Shown: positions 1-9,805, counted from the stretch's first letter. The stretch is 64,000 nt of DNA from Thermodesulfobacteriota bacterium (GCA_964291405.2 OZ219926.1:2784001-2848000), one strand, 5' to 3'. Program-made: numbers and translations. Notes: generated by a model from the letters alone, not told the origin.

Positions 1-71
1 AGCTGGGGTAGGTAAAGGCCGATGCTGAAGTAAGAGCTGTCCGTTGTTCCAAAAAACCCGCCTAACCTCGA

Positions 72-123
72 AAAGAGTAAACGTGTCCGGCCTTTATAGC
101 TATGGAGGACACATTTACTCTTT
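72..123. repeat. 17-bp inverted-repeat element, copy 1 (AAAGAGTAAACGTGTCC-N18-GGACACATTTACTCTTT)
   Basis: Arms 72-88 and 107-123 with 1 mismatch. The right arm overlaps the stop codon of the acyl-CoA dehydrogenase. Related copies at 28972, 44942, 53972 and 54073. Confidence 0.85.
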
Positions 124-1269
124 ATAGGCAGTGTAGGCTTTCCCAAACGCCTCGCGGGCGACAATGCCCTTCATAACCTCTGGCGTACCGTCACCGATTT
201 CAAACCCGACGACATCCCGCCAGCGCTGCTCTAAGGGGACTTCCATGCTGTAGCCGTAGTGACCGTGTAAAATCATACAGGCGTGAATCGCCTCGGCAGA
301 CACTTTCGGGCCCATCCATTTGGCCATGGCCGCCTCTTGGGTATGCCGCTGGCCGCAGTCTTTGAGCCACAGACATTTATAGGCAACAAGGCGAGCCGCT
401 TCGAGCAGCGTCAGATATTCGGCGACCTGAAACGCCACGCCCTCAAACGTCGCCAGTGGTTTGCCAAAGACTTGCCGCCCTTTGGTGTATTCGATGGTTT
501 CATCAATCGACTGCTGGGCTGCTCCGACAGCGGCCAAGGCCACCAGGGCCCGGTTAAAATCAAAGGCAATCATGGCCTGATAAAAGCCGCCGCTCTCATC
601 TCCTACCAGATAAGCGGCCGGAATACGCACATTATCAAAAAACAGTGAGCCGCGTTGATGCAGCCGAGCCCCGGCACTGTTATACACCTGACGTGAGACA
701 CCGGGCGCGTCAAAGGGAACCAGAAAGGCGGAAATGCCCCGCGCCCCACCCCCGGCTGTCCTGGCCAAGACCAGCCCGGCGTCCGCATTGCCGGCAAAGG
801 TGATGCTGGCCTTCTCTCCGTTCAGCACATACGCGTCGCCGGTTTTGACAGCGCGGGCCGTGATATTGGCAGCGTCCGAGCCTGCCGCCGGCTCGGTCAG
901 CGCAATAGCCATAATGGCGTCGCCCGTTGCCATGCGGGGCAACCATTCGGCTTGGACCTCGGGCCGGGCGTAAGCGGCCAGCAATTCGGCGATCATCATC
1001 CCAAGCTGGAGAAAGAGACTGTAATTGAAATCGCCGCGCGACAGCTCCTCGTTCATAATGCCACAGGTGACAAAGTCTGCATTCTGGCCGCCAAACTGCT
1101 CTGGCACGCGCAGGCCAAAGATGCCGAGTTCAGCGACTTCCCGAATCTCCGCTCTACCGATCTTTTCTCCTCGGTCCCAGCGCGAATAATTCGGTAACAA
1201 TTTGTCTTTGGCAAACTGACGGACCGTCTGTTGGACCAAGAGATGTTCTTCAGTAAAGGCAAATTCCAT
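115..1269 (-). CDS. Acyl-CoA dehydrogenase (cyclohexanecarboxyl-CoA dehydrogenase-like)
   Basis: ALTEPAAGSD, LNGEKASIT, R-Q-V-FGKPL, HGHYGY and EIGDGTPE motifs; 384 aa. Confidence 0.9.
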   Translation of the reverse strand: MEFAFTEEHLLVQQTVRQFAKDKLLPNYSRWDRGEKIGRAEIREVAELGIFGLRVPEQFGGQNADFVTCGIMNEELSRGDFNYSLFLQLGMMIAELLAAYARPEVQAEWLPRMATGDAIMAIALTEPAAGSDAANITARAVKTGDAYVLNGEKASITFAGNADAGLVLARTAGGGARGISAFLVPFDAPGVSRQVYNSAGARLHQRGSLFFDNVRIPAAYLVGDESGGFYQAMIAFDFNRALVALAAVGAAQQSIDETIEYTKGRQVFGKPLATFEGVAFQVAEYLTLLEAARLVAYKCLWLKDCGQRHTQEAAMAKWMGPKVSAEAIHACMILHGHYGYSMEVPLEQRWRDVVGFEIGDGTPEVMKGIVAREAFGKAYTAYKE

Positions 1270-1399
1270 AACAGTTTTCTGTTGGGCTCAGGCTCAAAAG
1301 AAGAGGAGTGTAGACATGAACGCATAGAGCGTCAATGAAGCAGGCGCTTGGCGGTCTGCCTCGCTCAGGGCATACTAACAAGCCTAAGGAGGAGATTGC

Positions 1400-2185
1400 A
1401 TGCCAGAACCAGTTCTCATGGTTGAGAAAGCCGATGGGATCGCGACCCTGACCCTGAACCGCCCACAGGCGATGAACGCCCTGTCTCGTGAACTCCGGCT
1501 TGCCATTGTCAGCACCCTTGAATCTTTGCAAAACGACCCGGCGACCCATGTCGTTATCCTGACCGGAGCCGGTCGGGCGTTCTGTGCGGGTATGGACCTC
1601 AAAGAGCTGAGCCGGACGAGCGAGCCCTTACAAGAACCGCGACCAACACAGGGCAGCATGGACGTGGTGCGAGTCATGGAGGCGTTCGACCGGCCCATTA
1701 TTGGGGCGATCAACGGTTTTGCCATTACTGGCGGGTTTGAACTGGCCCTGGCCTGCGATGTCCTGATCGCGTCCAGCGACGCGCGTTTTGCAGATACGCA
1801 CGCCCGGATGGGGGTCATGCCGGGTTGGGGCCTGAGCCAGAAACTCTCGCGCGTGATTGGTATTTACCGGGCGCGTGAATTGTCTTTGACCGGAAACTAT
1901 CTGTCCGCCCAGCAAGCCGAAGCCTGGGGACTGGTGAACCGGGTTGTTGCTCCTGATGACTTGCTGCCGACCTGTCATGCCCTGGCCAAGGATATGCTGT
2001 CGTGTCTGCCAGACATGCTGCGCAATATGAAACACGTGATTAACGAAGGCTACGCCCGGACGCTCAGCGACGGGCTCCAACTCGAATCAACCGCCTGGCG
2101 TAAGCAGGTTCGTGGCGTCACGCCAGAGGCGATTGCGAACCGGGTCGAAGGGGTGAAACAGCGCGGACGGACGCAGACATCCTGA
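1400..2185 (+). CDS. Enoyl-CoA hydratase/isomerase (crotonase family)
   Basis: LNRPQAMNAL, FCAGMDLKE and AITGGFELALACD motifs; AGGAG RBS upstream. Confidence 0.92.
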   Translation: MPEPVLMVEKADGIATLTLNRPQAMNALSRELRLAIVSTLESLQNDPATHVVILTGAGRAFCAGMDLKELSRTSEPLQEPRPTQGSMDVVRVMEAFDRPIIGAINGFAITGGFELALACDVLIASSDARFADTHARMGVMPGWGLSQKLSRVIGIYRARELSLTGNYLSAQQAEAWGLVNRVVAPDDLLPTCHALAKDMLSCLPDMLRNMKHVINEGYARTLSDGLQLESTAWRKQVRGVTPEAIANRVEGVKQRGRTQTS

Positions 2186-2192
2186 GTCAGCC

Positions 2193-2218
2193 GGGCGGAC
2201 ACGGGGGTCCGCCCCTAC
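2193..2218 (-). repeat. GTAG-type REP-like hairpin between convergent genes
   Basis: GTAGGGGCGGACCCCCGTGTCCGCCC on the minus strand: a GTAG foot followed by a GC-rich palindrome. Confidence 0.65.
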
Positions 2219-2220
2219 CG

Positions 2221-3096
2221 CTAGACCCGCCCAATGACCGTGTCACCAAGTTCTTTTACGTAATCGATAATTTCTGTCTCAGTGGCATTGAGTGTGAACA
2301 GGGCATCCCCTTTGGGCGGGAAAAGCAGAATCAAACGATCCACGCCCAGGTCCGCATAACGTTTGGCCTTGTCGAGATCGATCCGTCCAACCGGCGTCAC
2401 GCTGATTTCCAGCTTGCCCAATCCGCTCGGACGTTCATTTTTTTCTCCGGCAGCCTGCAAGCCGTCGAGGCATTTCTTGGTCCCATCGACATCGAGGGCA
2501 AAGCCGTACCAGCCGTCGCCATGGGTCACGGACCGTTGAAACGCCTGGGGGGTCATACCGCCAAACACAACCGGCGGACCGGGCTGCTGGACCGGCTTGG
2601 GGAATGCCTTGACGCCGCTAAAAGAGGCAAACGGTCCCTGATAGGACGGGTCGTCCTGACTCCAAATCGCCCGCATGGCATCAACGTAGTCGAGCGTACG
2701 CGGACCTTTATGGCCGAACGGGGCTCCGAGAGCGTCAAATTCCGGCTTGAGATAGCCAATGCCGACACCAAAGATCAGGCGTCCGCCTGACAGGACATCG
2801 AGGCTGGCCATCTCTTTTGCGAGCACCAGCGGATTCCGTTGCGGTAAAATAATAATGCCGGTTCCCATGCGGATGGTTTTGGTCTGGCCGGCCAGAAAGG
2901 CAAAGGAAATATTGGGGTCGAGCATGGGGTAGGTCGGCGGTAACGGCGAGGGCGGCTCCTGCGGGTCCGGCAACACAACGTGCTCGCCCGCCCAGACGGA
3001 TTCAAACCCAGCGGCCTCGGCGGCCTGTGCCACCCGCGCCGATGCGTCCGGCGTACTGCACGGTCCCATATTGATGCCAAAGAGTCCGAGTTGCAT
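2221..3096 (-). CDS. LLM-class, probably F420-dependent oxidoreductase (Rv2161c-like)
   Basis: GFESVWAGEHVVLP, LPQRNPLVLAKEMASLDVLSGGRL and PKPVQQPGPP motifs. Confidence 0.88.
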   Translation of the reverse strand: MQLGLFGINMGPCSTPDASARVAQAAEAAGFESVWAGEHVVLPDPQEPPSPLPPTYPMLDPNISFAFLAGQTKTIRMGTGIIILPQRNPLVLAKEMASLDVLSGGRLIFGVGIGYLKPEFDALGAPFGHKGPRTLDYVDAMRAIWSQDDPSYQGPFASFSGVKAFPKPVQQPGPPVVFGGMTPQAFQRSVTHGDGWYGFALDVDGTKKCLDGLQAAGEKNERPSGLGKLEISVTPVGRIDLDKAKRYADLGVDRLILLFPPKGDALFTLNATETEIIDYVKELGDTVIGRV

Positions 3097-3147
3097 ATCT
3101 TTCCTCCTTTTTTACTCAGGTGAGACGAGTGCAGGGGCCACGCTGCG

Positions 3148-4020
3148 TTACTTCTTTGGCGCTAACACTTCAATGGCCCGCTCGTCCGGCACCATACCAC
3201 CCTTGGGGCTCAGCGGCATGATACACACGTGTGACGCTCCCGCCTCATAATAGGCCGCCACCCGCTCGCGAATTTTTGCTTCGTCTCCCCAGGCAATAAC
3301 CGCGTCCACGAGTCGGTCACTGCCGCCGTTTGCCATGTCGGCGTCAGTAAAACCGACTTCTTTGAAGCGTTGGACGTAGTGATCGATTTGGAGATAGGTC
3401 TGCATATAACTGCGGGCGGCGGCGCGGGCCGTATCCGCGTCCGACTCCAGCATCACACCCAGCTCGGCACACAGCCACGGTTCCGGCCCCAGTGCCCTGC
3501 GGGTCGCCGCAATTTGCTCAGGCACGGTGAAATAGGTATGCGTCCCCTGAGTCTGCGTTGCGGCCAGCGCAAGCATCTTGGGCATCATCCCGGCCAGCAC
3601 CACAGGCGGGTCGTTTTGTGGGGCTGGTGCGGCGTACGGTACAGCTTTCATCCTGGTCAGATACTCACGTGTGAAGCTGAGCGGCTTGCCATACGGAATG
3701 CCGCGCCGGGCGTTGCCCTGCGCATTACTCACGCCCAGGCCGAGCACAAAGCGGTCGCCGTAGAGCTCGGCGAGCGTCCGGGCGGCATTGGCAATCGCAA
3801 TCGGCTCATACGCATAGGTCACCACAATGCCGGTAGCGATGACCAGACGCTCGGTTTGGCTCAGCAAATACGAGGCAAACGAAAAACTTTCGCGGCCCAG
3901 GGTCTCGGGAAACCACAGGGCACTATAGCCGAGCTGTTCGACTTTGCGGGCGAGCCGGCCGGTCTGCTCGCCCGTAAGGCCATCCAGAAAGGTAAAAACA
4001 CCAGGAGGTCGGAGGTCCAT
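3148..4020 (-). CDS. LLM-class, probably F420-dependent oxidoreductase (MSMEG_4141-like)
   Basis: LGYSALWFPE, RFVLGLGVS, GTHTYF and GGSDRLVDAVIAWG motifs. Confidence 0.85.
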   Translation of the reverse strand: MDLRPPGVFTFLDGLTGEQTGRLARKVEQLGYSALWFPETLGRESFSFASYLLSQTERLVIATGIVVTYAYEPIAIANAARTLAELYGDRFVLGLGVSNAQGNARRGIPYGKPLSFTREYLTRMKAVPYAAPAPQNDPPVVLAGMMPKMLALAATQTQGTHTYFTVPEQIAATRRALGPEPWLCAELGVMLESDADTARAAARSYMQTYLQIDHYVQRFKEVGFTDADMANGGSDRLVDAVIAWGDEAKIRERVAAYYEAGASHVCIMPLSPKGGMVPDERAIEVLAPKK

Positions 4021-4036
4021 ACACTGCTCCCGTGGA

Positions 4037-5080
4037 CTAGCGAAAGGCTGGAATAACCTTGCTGGTAAACAGTTCCAAATGAGGCTGAATCCAGCTCGCC
4101 GGCAGGCCCGGCGGCAGCGTCCACGAATAATAATGCGTCAGCGGGGTCTCTAAGGCATAGTCGCGGATCATCTGAATACAGGAGTCCACATCTACCACCT
4201 GAAACAGACCCGATTCACGTAAAGTATCGGTATCCGGCACTTTTGGAAACAGAGGCATACCGGCCTTCTCCGACCACTCGGCATAGGCATTGACCTGATA
4301 GCGAACGTGTTCGGCGGCTTCGTTCCAGGTCTTGTCCGGGTCTTCTGACGGAATCAGCCAAAAATATCCACCCGCGAGGCGAATATCCGTTGTGGACTTC
4401 CCGACCTTTTCCAAGGCGGTCACATAGCGTTCATACGCCTCTTTCAACGGGCCGACGCCGATATAGCCGTCGCCATACTTTGCCGCTCGCCGGAGTGCCG
4501 GTGGGGTGAAGCCACCGACCCAAATCGGTGGCCGGGGTTGCTGAATCGGCTCCGGGGTGAGCTTGGCTTTGGTCACCGTGTAATATTTCCCCTCAAATGT
4601 CAGGGTTTCGCCCTCCCATAGGCGACGAATGATTTCGAGGCCCTCATTCGTACGGGCGCCACGCTCTTTGCTCGACACATCGAAGCTCTCAAACTCCTCG
4701 ACTTTATACCCAACGCCCACACCCAACTCGAACCGACCACCCGAAATCACGTCCACCGTGGCCGCGTCTTCAGCCATCCGGACCGGATTGTGGAAAGGCA
4801 GGAGTATCACGCTCGTCCCGATATGAATTTTCTTGGTCCGGGAGGCAATCGCGGCGGCAATCGGCATCAGCGCAGGAGAATAGCCATCCTCGATAAAATG
4901 GTGCTCGGACAGCCAGATATCGTCAAAGCCGTTCTCCTCTCCCCACACGATCTGGTCAATGATCTCGTTGTAGAGCTGGTCATAAGGACGCTTCCAGGCG
5001 GGTGGGTTGCGAAAGTCGTACCACATACCAAAGCGAATTTTCGGATTTCCGTTCTCACTCATCGGGCTGTCCTCCTTCAT
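4037..5080 (-). CDS. LLM-class flavin-dependent oxidoreductase
   Basis: WLSEHHFIEDGY and PVRMAEDAATVDVISGGRFELGVGVGY motifs. Confidence 0.88.
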   Translation of the reverse strand: MKEDSPMSENGNPKIRFGMWYDFRNPPAWKRPYDQLYNEIIDQIVWGEENGFDDIWLSEHHFIEDGYSPALMPIAAAIASRTKKIHIGTSVILLPFHNPVRMAEDAATVDVISGGRFELGVGVGYKVEEFESFDVSSKERGARTNEGLEIIRRLWEGETLTFEGKYYTVTKAKLTPEPIQQPRPPIWVGGFTPPALRRAAKYGDGYIGVGPLKEAYERYVTALEKVGKSTTDIRLAGGYFWLIPSEDPDKTWNEAAEHVRYQVNAYAEWSEKAGMPLFPKVPDTDTLRESGLFQVVDVDSCIQMIRDYALETPLTHYYSWTLPPGLPASWIQPHLELFTSKVIPAFR

Positions 5081-5287
5081 AACCGATTGCGTATCTTATG
5101 GTCTCAGTGTGAAAATGGAAAGCGGACGTTGCTACAATTGATTCGTCAGACGACCCTTCTTCGCTCTGGAGAATCCTGGGTCCTCCCGCCTAGTTGACGG
5201 GTCGCGGGGTTCTCTGTATAGCGAACGGGTTTCACACGAGAAGAGTATGGGAGAGAATAGAGTATCTCTCCTTGAGAAAGGTATTGC

Positions 5288-6715
5288 ATGACGGACCAGA
5301 TTGGCTCTGAAACAAATCCCCTCCGCGTCGCTATCTTCGGCTCGGGACCGGCTGGATTCTACGCGGTTGGCGAACTGCTCAAGCAAAAAGATATTGCTAC
5401 TCGGGTTGACCTGTTTGACCGCCTGCCGACTCCCTACGGATTGGTCCGGGGCGGCGTGGCACCGGATCATCAAAAAATTAAAGCGGTCATTCGGCAGTAC
5501 GAAAAATTTGCCAGTCGGCCCGGCTTTCGCTTTTTCGGAAACGTGACCTTTGGCGAAGATATCCGGCTGGCCGATACCCTGGCACACTACCATCAAGTCC
5601 TGTTTTCAACCGGCGCAGAATCCGACCGGCAGCTCGGCATTCCGGGTGAGGACTTGACCGGCAGCGACCCGGCGACGATCTTTGTCGGCTGGTATAACGG
5701 GCATCCTGATTACCGCGATCTCAACTATGATCTGAGCAATGTTGAACGTGTCGCCGTGATCGGAAACGGCAATGTGGCCATGGACGTTGCCCGTATTCTG
5801 GCCCGCTCTATTGAAGAACTTTCAAAAACGGATATCGCCGACTATGCGCTCGAAGCGCTCAAGAAAAGTGCGGTCAAGGAGATCTATCTGCTGGGCCGAC
5901 GGGGGCCGGCACAAGCGGCCTTCACCAACCCCGAGATTCGCGAACTGACCGAAATGCCGATCACCGATCTGGTCGTCGAGCCGAAAGACCTCGAACTTGA
6001 CGAGGCCAATGCCGAATTCCTGGCGCAGGCCACAGAGCCGGTGCATCAGCGCAATATGGATATCCTGACGGCCCAGATTCCCAAGGGCGAGGGAACGGCC
6101 CAAAGGAAAATTCGGGCGCGTTTTTTTGTCTCTCCGGTTGAACTCTACGGGACCGAGCGCGTCGAGGGCATGAAACTCGAGAAAAACCGTCTGGTGAAGG
6201 ATGACAGTGGGACGCTGCGTGCGCGCGGAACCGGAGAATACGAGGAGTTGCCGAATATTCAGATGGTCTTCCGCTCTATTGGCTATAAGGGCCATCCGCT
6301 GAAAGACGTTCCGTTTGACGAGCGCTCAGGGATTATTCCGAACCAGACCGGTCGGGTCATCGACCCGGAAACACAGGCGCCTCTTGAGCGCCTGTACGTG
6401 GCCGGCTGGATCAAGCGCGGTCCGTCCGGCGTGGTGGGTACGAATAAGCCGGATGCGATTGAAACCGTCGGACTCATGTTGGAAGACCTGCAACAGGGCA
6501 AGGTGCCCAATACCATCAACGCCAGCGACGAAGCAGTTCCGGCTCTGCTGGCCGAGAAGGGCGTCCGCTACGTCTCTTTTGCTGACTGGAAATATCTGGA
6601 TCAGATAGAAGTCGAGAACGGGAAAAAAGTGGGCAAGCCGCGTGAGAAGATGACGACCGTCGCGGAGATGCTGGCCGCGCTCGATACCCAGACTTTGCAA
6701 GCTGCTGCTAAATAA
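5288..6715 (+). CDS. fprA: Ferredoxin-NADP+ reductase (FprA/adrenodoxin reductase family)
   Basis: GSGPAGFY, PYGLVRGGVAPDH, VIGNGNVAMDVAR and GWIKRGPSGVVGTN motifs. Confidence 0.9.
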   Translation: MTDQIGSETNPLRVAIFGSGPAGFYAVGELLKQKDIATRVDLFDRLPTPYGLVRGGVAPDHQKIKAVIRQYEKFASRPGFRFFGNVTFGEDIRLADTLAHYHQVLFSTGAESDRQLGIPGEDLTGSDPATIFVGWYNGHPDYRDLNYDLSNVERVAVIGNGNVAMDVARILARSIEELSKTDIADYALEALKKSAVKEIYLLGRRGPAQAAFTNPEIRELTEMPITDLVVEPKDLELDEANAEFLAQATEPVHQRNMDILTAQIPKGEGTAQRKIRARFFVSPVELYGTERVEGMKLEKNRLVKDDSGTLRARGTGEYEELPNIQMVFRSIGYKGHPLKDVPFDERSGIIPNQTGRVIDPETQAPLERLYVAGWIKRGPSGVVGTNKPDAIETVGLMLEDLQQGKVPNTINASDEAVPALLAEKGVRYVSFADWKYLDQIEVENGKKVGKPREKMTTVAEMLAALDTQTLQAAAK

Positions 6716-6746
6716 TGGCAAACCGCCGTGGAAGTGAGTCAACGCT

Positions 6747-7724
6747 ATGAAAGCTATTCGGATACACGAGTTTGGTGAACCAGAGGTATTGCAGCTCGAA
6801 GAAGTCGCGGACCTGACCCCCGGGACGGGGCAAGTCGTGGTGCGCATGCACGCGGTCGGAGTCAATCCGGTTGAGACCTATATTCGGTCCGGTATCTACC
6901 CCAAGCCGCCGACGCCCTTCACGCCCGGGTCGGACGGGGCCGGCGTAATCGAGGCCGTGGGCGAGGGCGTGGACCGGGTTGCCGTGGGCGACCGGGTGTA
7001 TCTGGCCGGTTCTCTCAGCGGCACGTACGCCGAACAGGCCCTGTGCAAACAGGAGCAGGTACATCCGCTTGGCGAATCGGCATCGTTCGCCCAAGGGGCC
7101 GCCGTGTTTGTGCCCTATGGTACTGCCTATCAGGCGCTCTTTCACTGCGGCCATGCCTCACCCGGCGAAACGCTTTTCGTGCATGGGGCTAGCGGTGGAG
7201 TGGGCATAGCCGGGGTACAGCTCGGTCGGGCCGCTGGCATGACGGTCATTGGAACCGCGAGTACGGAGCGCGGGCGCCAACTCGTATCCGAACAGGGCGC
7301 GCAGCACGTTCTCGACCACAGTGCCGCCTCGTACCTGGAAGAAGTGCAGACCCTGACGGATGGACGGGGCGTTGATGTGATTTTGGAGATGCTGGCCAAC
7401 GTCAATCTCGCCAAAGACCTCGACCTCCTCGCCATGCATGGGCGCGTGGTTGTCATCGGCAATCGGGGCGAGAGGAATCAGGGCACGATCGAGATCAATC
7501 CGCGGGCGGCCATGATGCGGGATGCCTCCATCATCGGCATGACCTTACGCAACGCCACGCCGCAGGATCACGTCCGTATACACTCGGCCCTTGTGGCCGG
7601 TCTGGCCAACGGTACGCTCCGGCCCGTGATCGGACAGGAACTCCCCCTGGCCGAAGCCGCCCAAGCCCACCGCGCCGTAAGCGGAGCGGGCAAAGCCTAC
7701 GGCAAGGTGGTGCTGATACCGTAG
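6747..7724 (+). CDS. qor: NADPH:quinone oxidoreductase (zeta-crystallin/MDR family)
   Basis: GVNPVETYIRSG, PGSDGAG, HGASGGVG and GKVVL motifs. Confidence 0.88.
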   Translation: MKAIRIHEFGEPEVLQLEEVADLTPGTGQVVVRMHAVGVNPVETYIRSGIYPKPPTPFTPGSDGAGVIEAVGEGVDRVAVGDRVYLAGSLSGTYAEQALCKQEQVHPLGESASFAQGAAVFVPYGTAYQALFHCGHASPGETLFVHGASGGVGIAGVQLGRAAGMTVIGTASTERGRQLVSEQGAQHVLDHSAASYLEEVQTLTDGRGVDVILEMLANVNLAKDLDLLAMHGRVVVIGNRGERNQGTIEINPRAAMMRDASIIGMTLRNATPQDHVRIHSALVAGLANGTLRPVIGQELPLAEAAQAHRAVSGAGKAYGKVVLIP

Positions 7725-7840
7725 GGCTGGTCTTACTCACCGGTATTATCACCACTCGCTCGAATCGTGGTGGGCGCACTCGGCCTAGAGCAAAATTCAC
7801 ATTAGTGTCGCGTCCCACGGCCTCCGCGCGTTGCCCGATA

Positions 7841-7894
7841 CGTAGGGTGCGCCCTGCGCACCGGGGCAAGGTGGTGCATGGGATGCACCCTACG
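7841..7894. repeat. GTAG-type REP doublet, copy A
   Basis: CGTAGGGTGCGCCCTGCGCACC...GGTGCATGGGATGCACCCTACG; near-identical copy at 8042-8093. Confidence 0.85.
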
Positions 7895-7977
7895 GAACTC
7901 TGGAGAGCACCTCGCTACACCACGGAGGAAACTGCTCTAGAGCGTTTTACGATAAGTTGTAGCGGTTTCAGTATGCT

Positions 7978-8024
7978 GAGCGGGAAGTCTTTTGATGTTG
8001 AAATACATGCTTGATACCAATATT
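7978..8024 (+). pseudogene. vapBC toxin-antitoxin remnant (antitoxin C-terminus plus toxin N-terminus)
   Basis: ...EREVF-stop is coupled by TGATG to MLKYMLDTNI, the classic VapC PIN N-terminus. Similarity is lost shortly before the REP at 8042. Confidence 0.7.
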
Positions 8025-8041
8025 GCCTCGGCCCGGGCTCT

Positions 8042-8093
8042 CGTAGGGTGCGCCCTGCGCACCGGGAAGCTGGTGCATGGGATGCACCCTACG
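8042..8093. repeat. GTAG-type REP doublet, copy B
   Basis: Direct repeat of 7841-7894 with a different loop. Confidence 0.85.
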
Positions 8094-8182
8094 GAAGGGA
8101 ACGGCTGGCTATACGGAATCGTAAATTGCTCTAGCCGGAACAATAATTCCACCGAAGTTACTTCACAAAAGAGAGGTAACGT

Positions 8183-9145
8183 ATGCCTACAATAAACTTG
8201 TTTTCCACTTATCGGCAGGGAGAGAACCGCGTCACCGCAACTTTCCTGGCTGTCCTCCAACGGCTAAGCCTACTCAACATCGACCGGATTCTCGGAGGAC
8301 TTCTTGAAGAAGACGCATTTAGCCTTGTCTCCTTTGAGAATCAGCCCAAAGGGCAGAGCACAAGACCTGATGCCAGAATTAGAACAAAATCCGCTATTTG
8401 GATTGAAACCAAGACATCTTCTGACGCGGTGAACACCAACCAGATCCAAGGGCATTTGGAAGTCCTTGGAGAAGGCGAGCGCCTGCTATTGCTCACGCCG
8501 GATGCCGATGAGCCCCAGCAATTGCCCGATAATAATAGAGTTATCTGGTCGAACTTCAGACGCTTGGTCGAGATCGTTGAAGGCATTCTCAAGGACGAGG
8601 ATGAGCCTCCTTCCGAACGGGAGGTATTCCTCCTGAGGGAGTTCATAAAGATGATCCGGCAAGACGGACTCACAGGTTCTACCGAGCAACTTATGAGAAT
8701 AGTGCCCTGTGGTCAGAGCCTTGAGATAAACAGAGAATATGGAATCTACTTTCACCCATCAGATCGTAGCTATACGAAACATCGGTTCGTAGGAATCTAT
8801 AAGGACAAGACCGTCCAGGCAATCTGGGAGATTGAGAGTGTTTTTGACGTTGAATACAACGGAGTTGAGTTTGAAAAAATATTGGTGGAGGGGGAGATGA
8901 CAGATGACTACGATGACAGACTCAGATCTATAATCAATGATGCAAAGAGTGAATGTGACTATGACATTCGGACTGGACACCGCTTTTTTTGTGGAGAGCC
9001 TCAAGAGACCCATTATGAAAGGTTGTCGCGCGGTGGCATTCCGGGTGCTCGGTTTCAGAATTTGCGAGAAGTCATAGGAGACCAATTTGACAACTTGGAT
9101 GTAGAGGGCATTGCACAGAGATTAAGAGAAATGACATGGGAATGA
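8183..9145 (+). CDS. Putative PD-(D/E)XK nuclease-family protein
   Basis: ENRVTATFLAVL...RPDARI...IWIETK...NQIQGH pattern; visibly more AT-rich than the flanks; GAGG RBS. Confidence 0.6.
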   Translation: MPTINLFSTYRQGENRVTATFLAVLQRLSLLNIDRILGGLLEEDAFSLVSFENQPKGQSTRPDARIRTKSAIWIETKTSSDAVNTNQIQGHLEVLGEGERLLLLTPDADEPQQLPDNNRVIWSNFRRLVEIVEGILKDEDEPPSEREVFLLREFIKMIRQDGLTGSTEQLMRIVPCGQSLEINREYGIYFHPSDRSYTKHRFVGIYKDKTVQAIWEIESVFDVEYNGVEFEKILVEGEMTDDYDDRLRSIINDAKSECDYDIRTGHRFFCGEPQETHYERLSRGGIPGARFQNLREVIGDQFDNLDVEGIAQRLREMTWE

Positions 9146-9254
9146 TGTCAACGAGTACGTCTTTAGTTTACATCGTTCAGGTTGGAGATGTGCTCCACGG
9201 GACGCCCAAGCCTGCTCGGCTATGTTCCACCATGTCGTGAGCGTTGTTTTGCTA

Positions 9255-9395
9255 TCAGAAAATCAGCGAACAGAAAGAGATGCGACATGGACACAACGGT
9301 GCAAGTCCAACAAAGGGGCGATCCTGGTCGGAATGAGAGAGGAAAACTTCTTTTGGCACTAGAGACGGATACGCTTTGCCAAGAGAACGCGCCAT
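9255..9395 (-). pseudogene. Truncated second TIR-domain gene (46 codons)
   Basis: TGATG-coupled to the upstream TIR gene. Reads MARSLGKAYPSLVPKEVFLSHSDQDRPFV (TIR betaA/alphaA), then loses similarity and stops. Confidence 0.6.
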
Positions 9396-9805
9396 CAGGC
9401 GTGGCTGAGGATTGCGTCTGCGATTGGTTTGATTTCGGTTTCGTCGTTCCCGTGCTCACTGATCTTGAACTGCGGGAGTCGCTGAAGTATCCAGGGGATA
9501 TCGTCCTCCGGCAGTTGCTGGGGATCGCCTACCAATACCGGGATCAGGCGGTTACGATAACGGGTGCCGCTCAGAGCGGACTCGATTTCCCATTTTACCC
9601 AGGGTGAGCGCAACGCCTCAGGTGTTAGTAGCACAACCATAGCCTCGGACTCTTCGAGGGCCCGGGCGACCTCGTAGCCAAAATTGTCGCCCGGCATGAG
9701 GCAGCTATTCGCTTCCCAAACTTCAAGCCCGGCATCTTTCAGAACAGCGGAGATGTTCCCGACGAGCGGTTCATCCGTTTGGGCATGGCTGATAAAAACT
9801 TGCAT
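9395..9805 (-). CDS. Stand-alone TIR-domain protein (TIR_2)
   Basis: VFISHAQTD, PGDNF, VVLLTPEALRSPWVKWEIESAL (WxxxE catalytic Glu) and LIPV motifs. Confidence 0.88.
   Translation of the reverse strand: MQVFISHAQTDEPLVGNISAVLKDAGLEVWEANSCLMPGDNFGYEVARALEESEAMVVLLTPEALRSPWVKWEIESALSGTRYRNRLIPVLVGDPQQLPEDDIPWILQRLPQFKISEHGNDETEIKPIADAILSHA

Noticed and set aside
1-60. Possible start of a minus-strand gene at the window edge
   Set aside because: Too short to support any call.
7841-8093. Two direct repeats of about 53 bp as a mini-CRISPR
   Set aside because: Only two units, a 147-bp interval, GTAG-REP structure and no cas genes.
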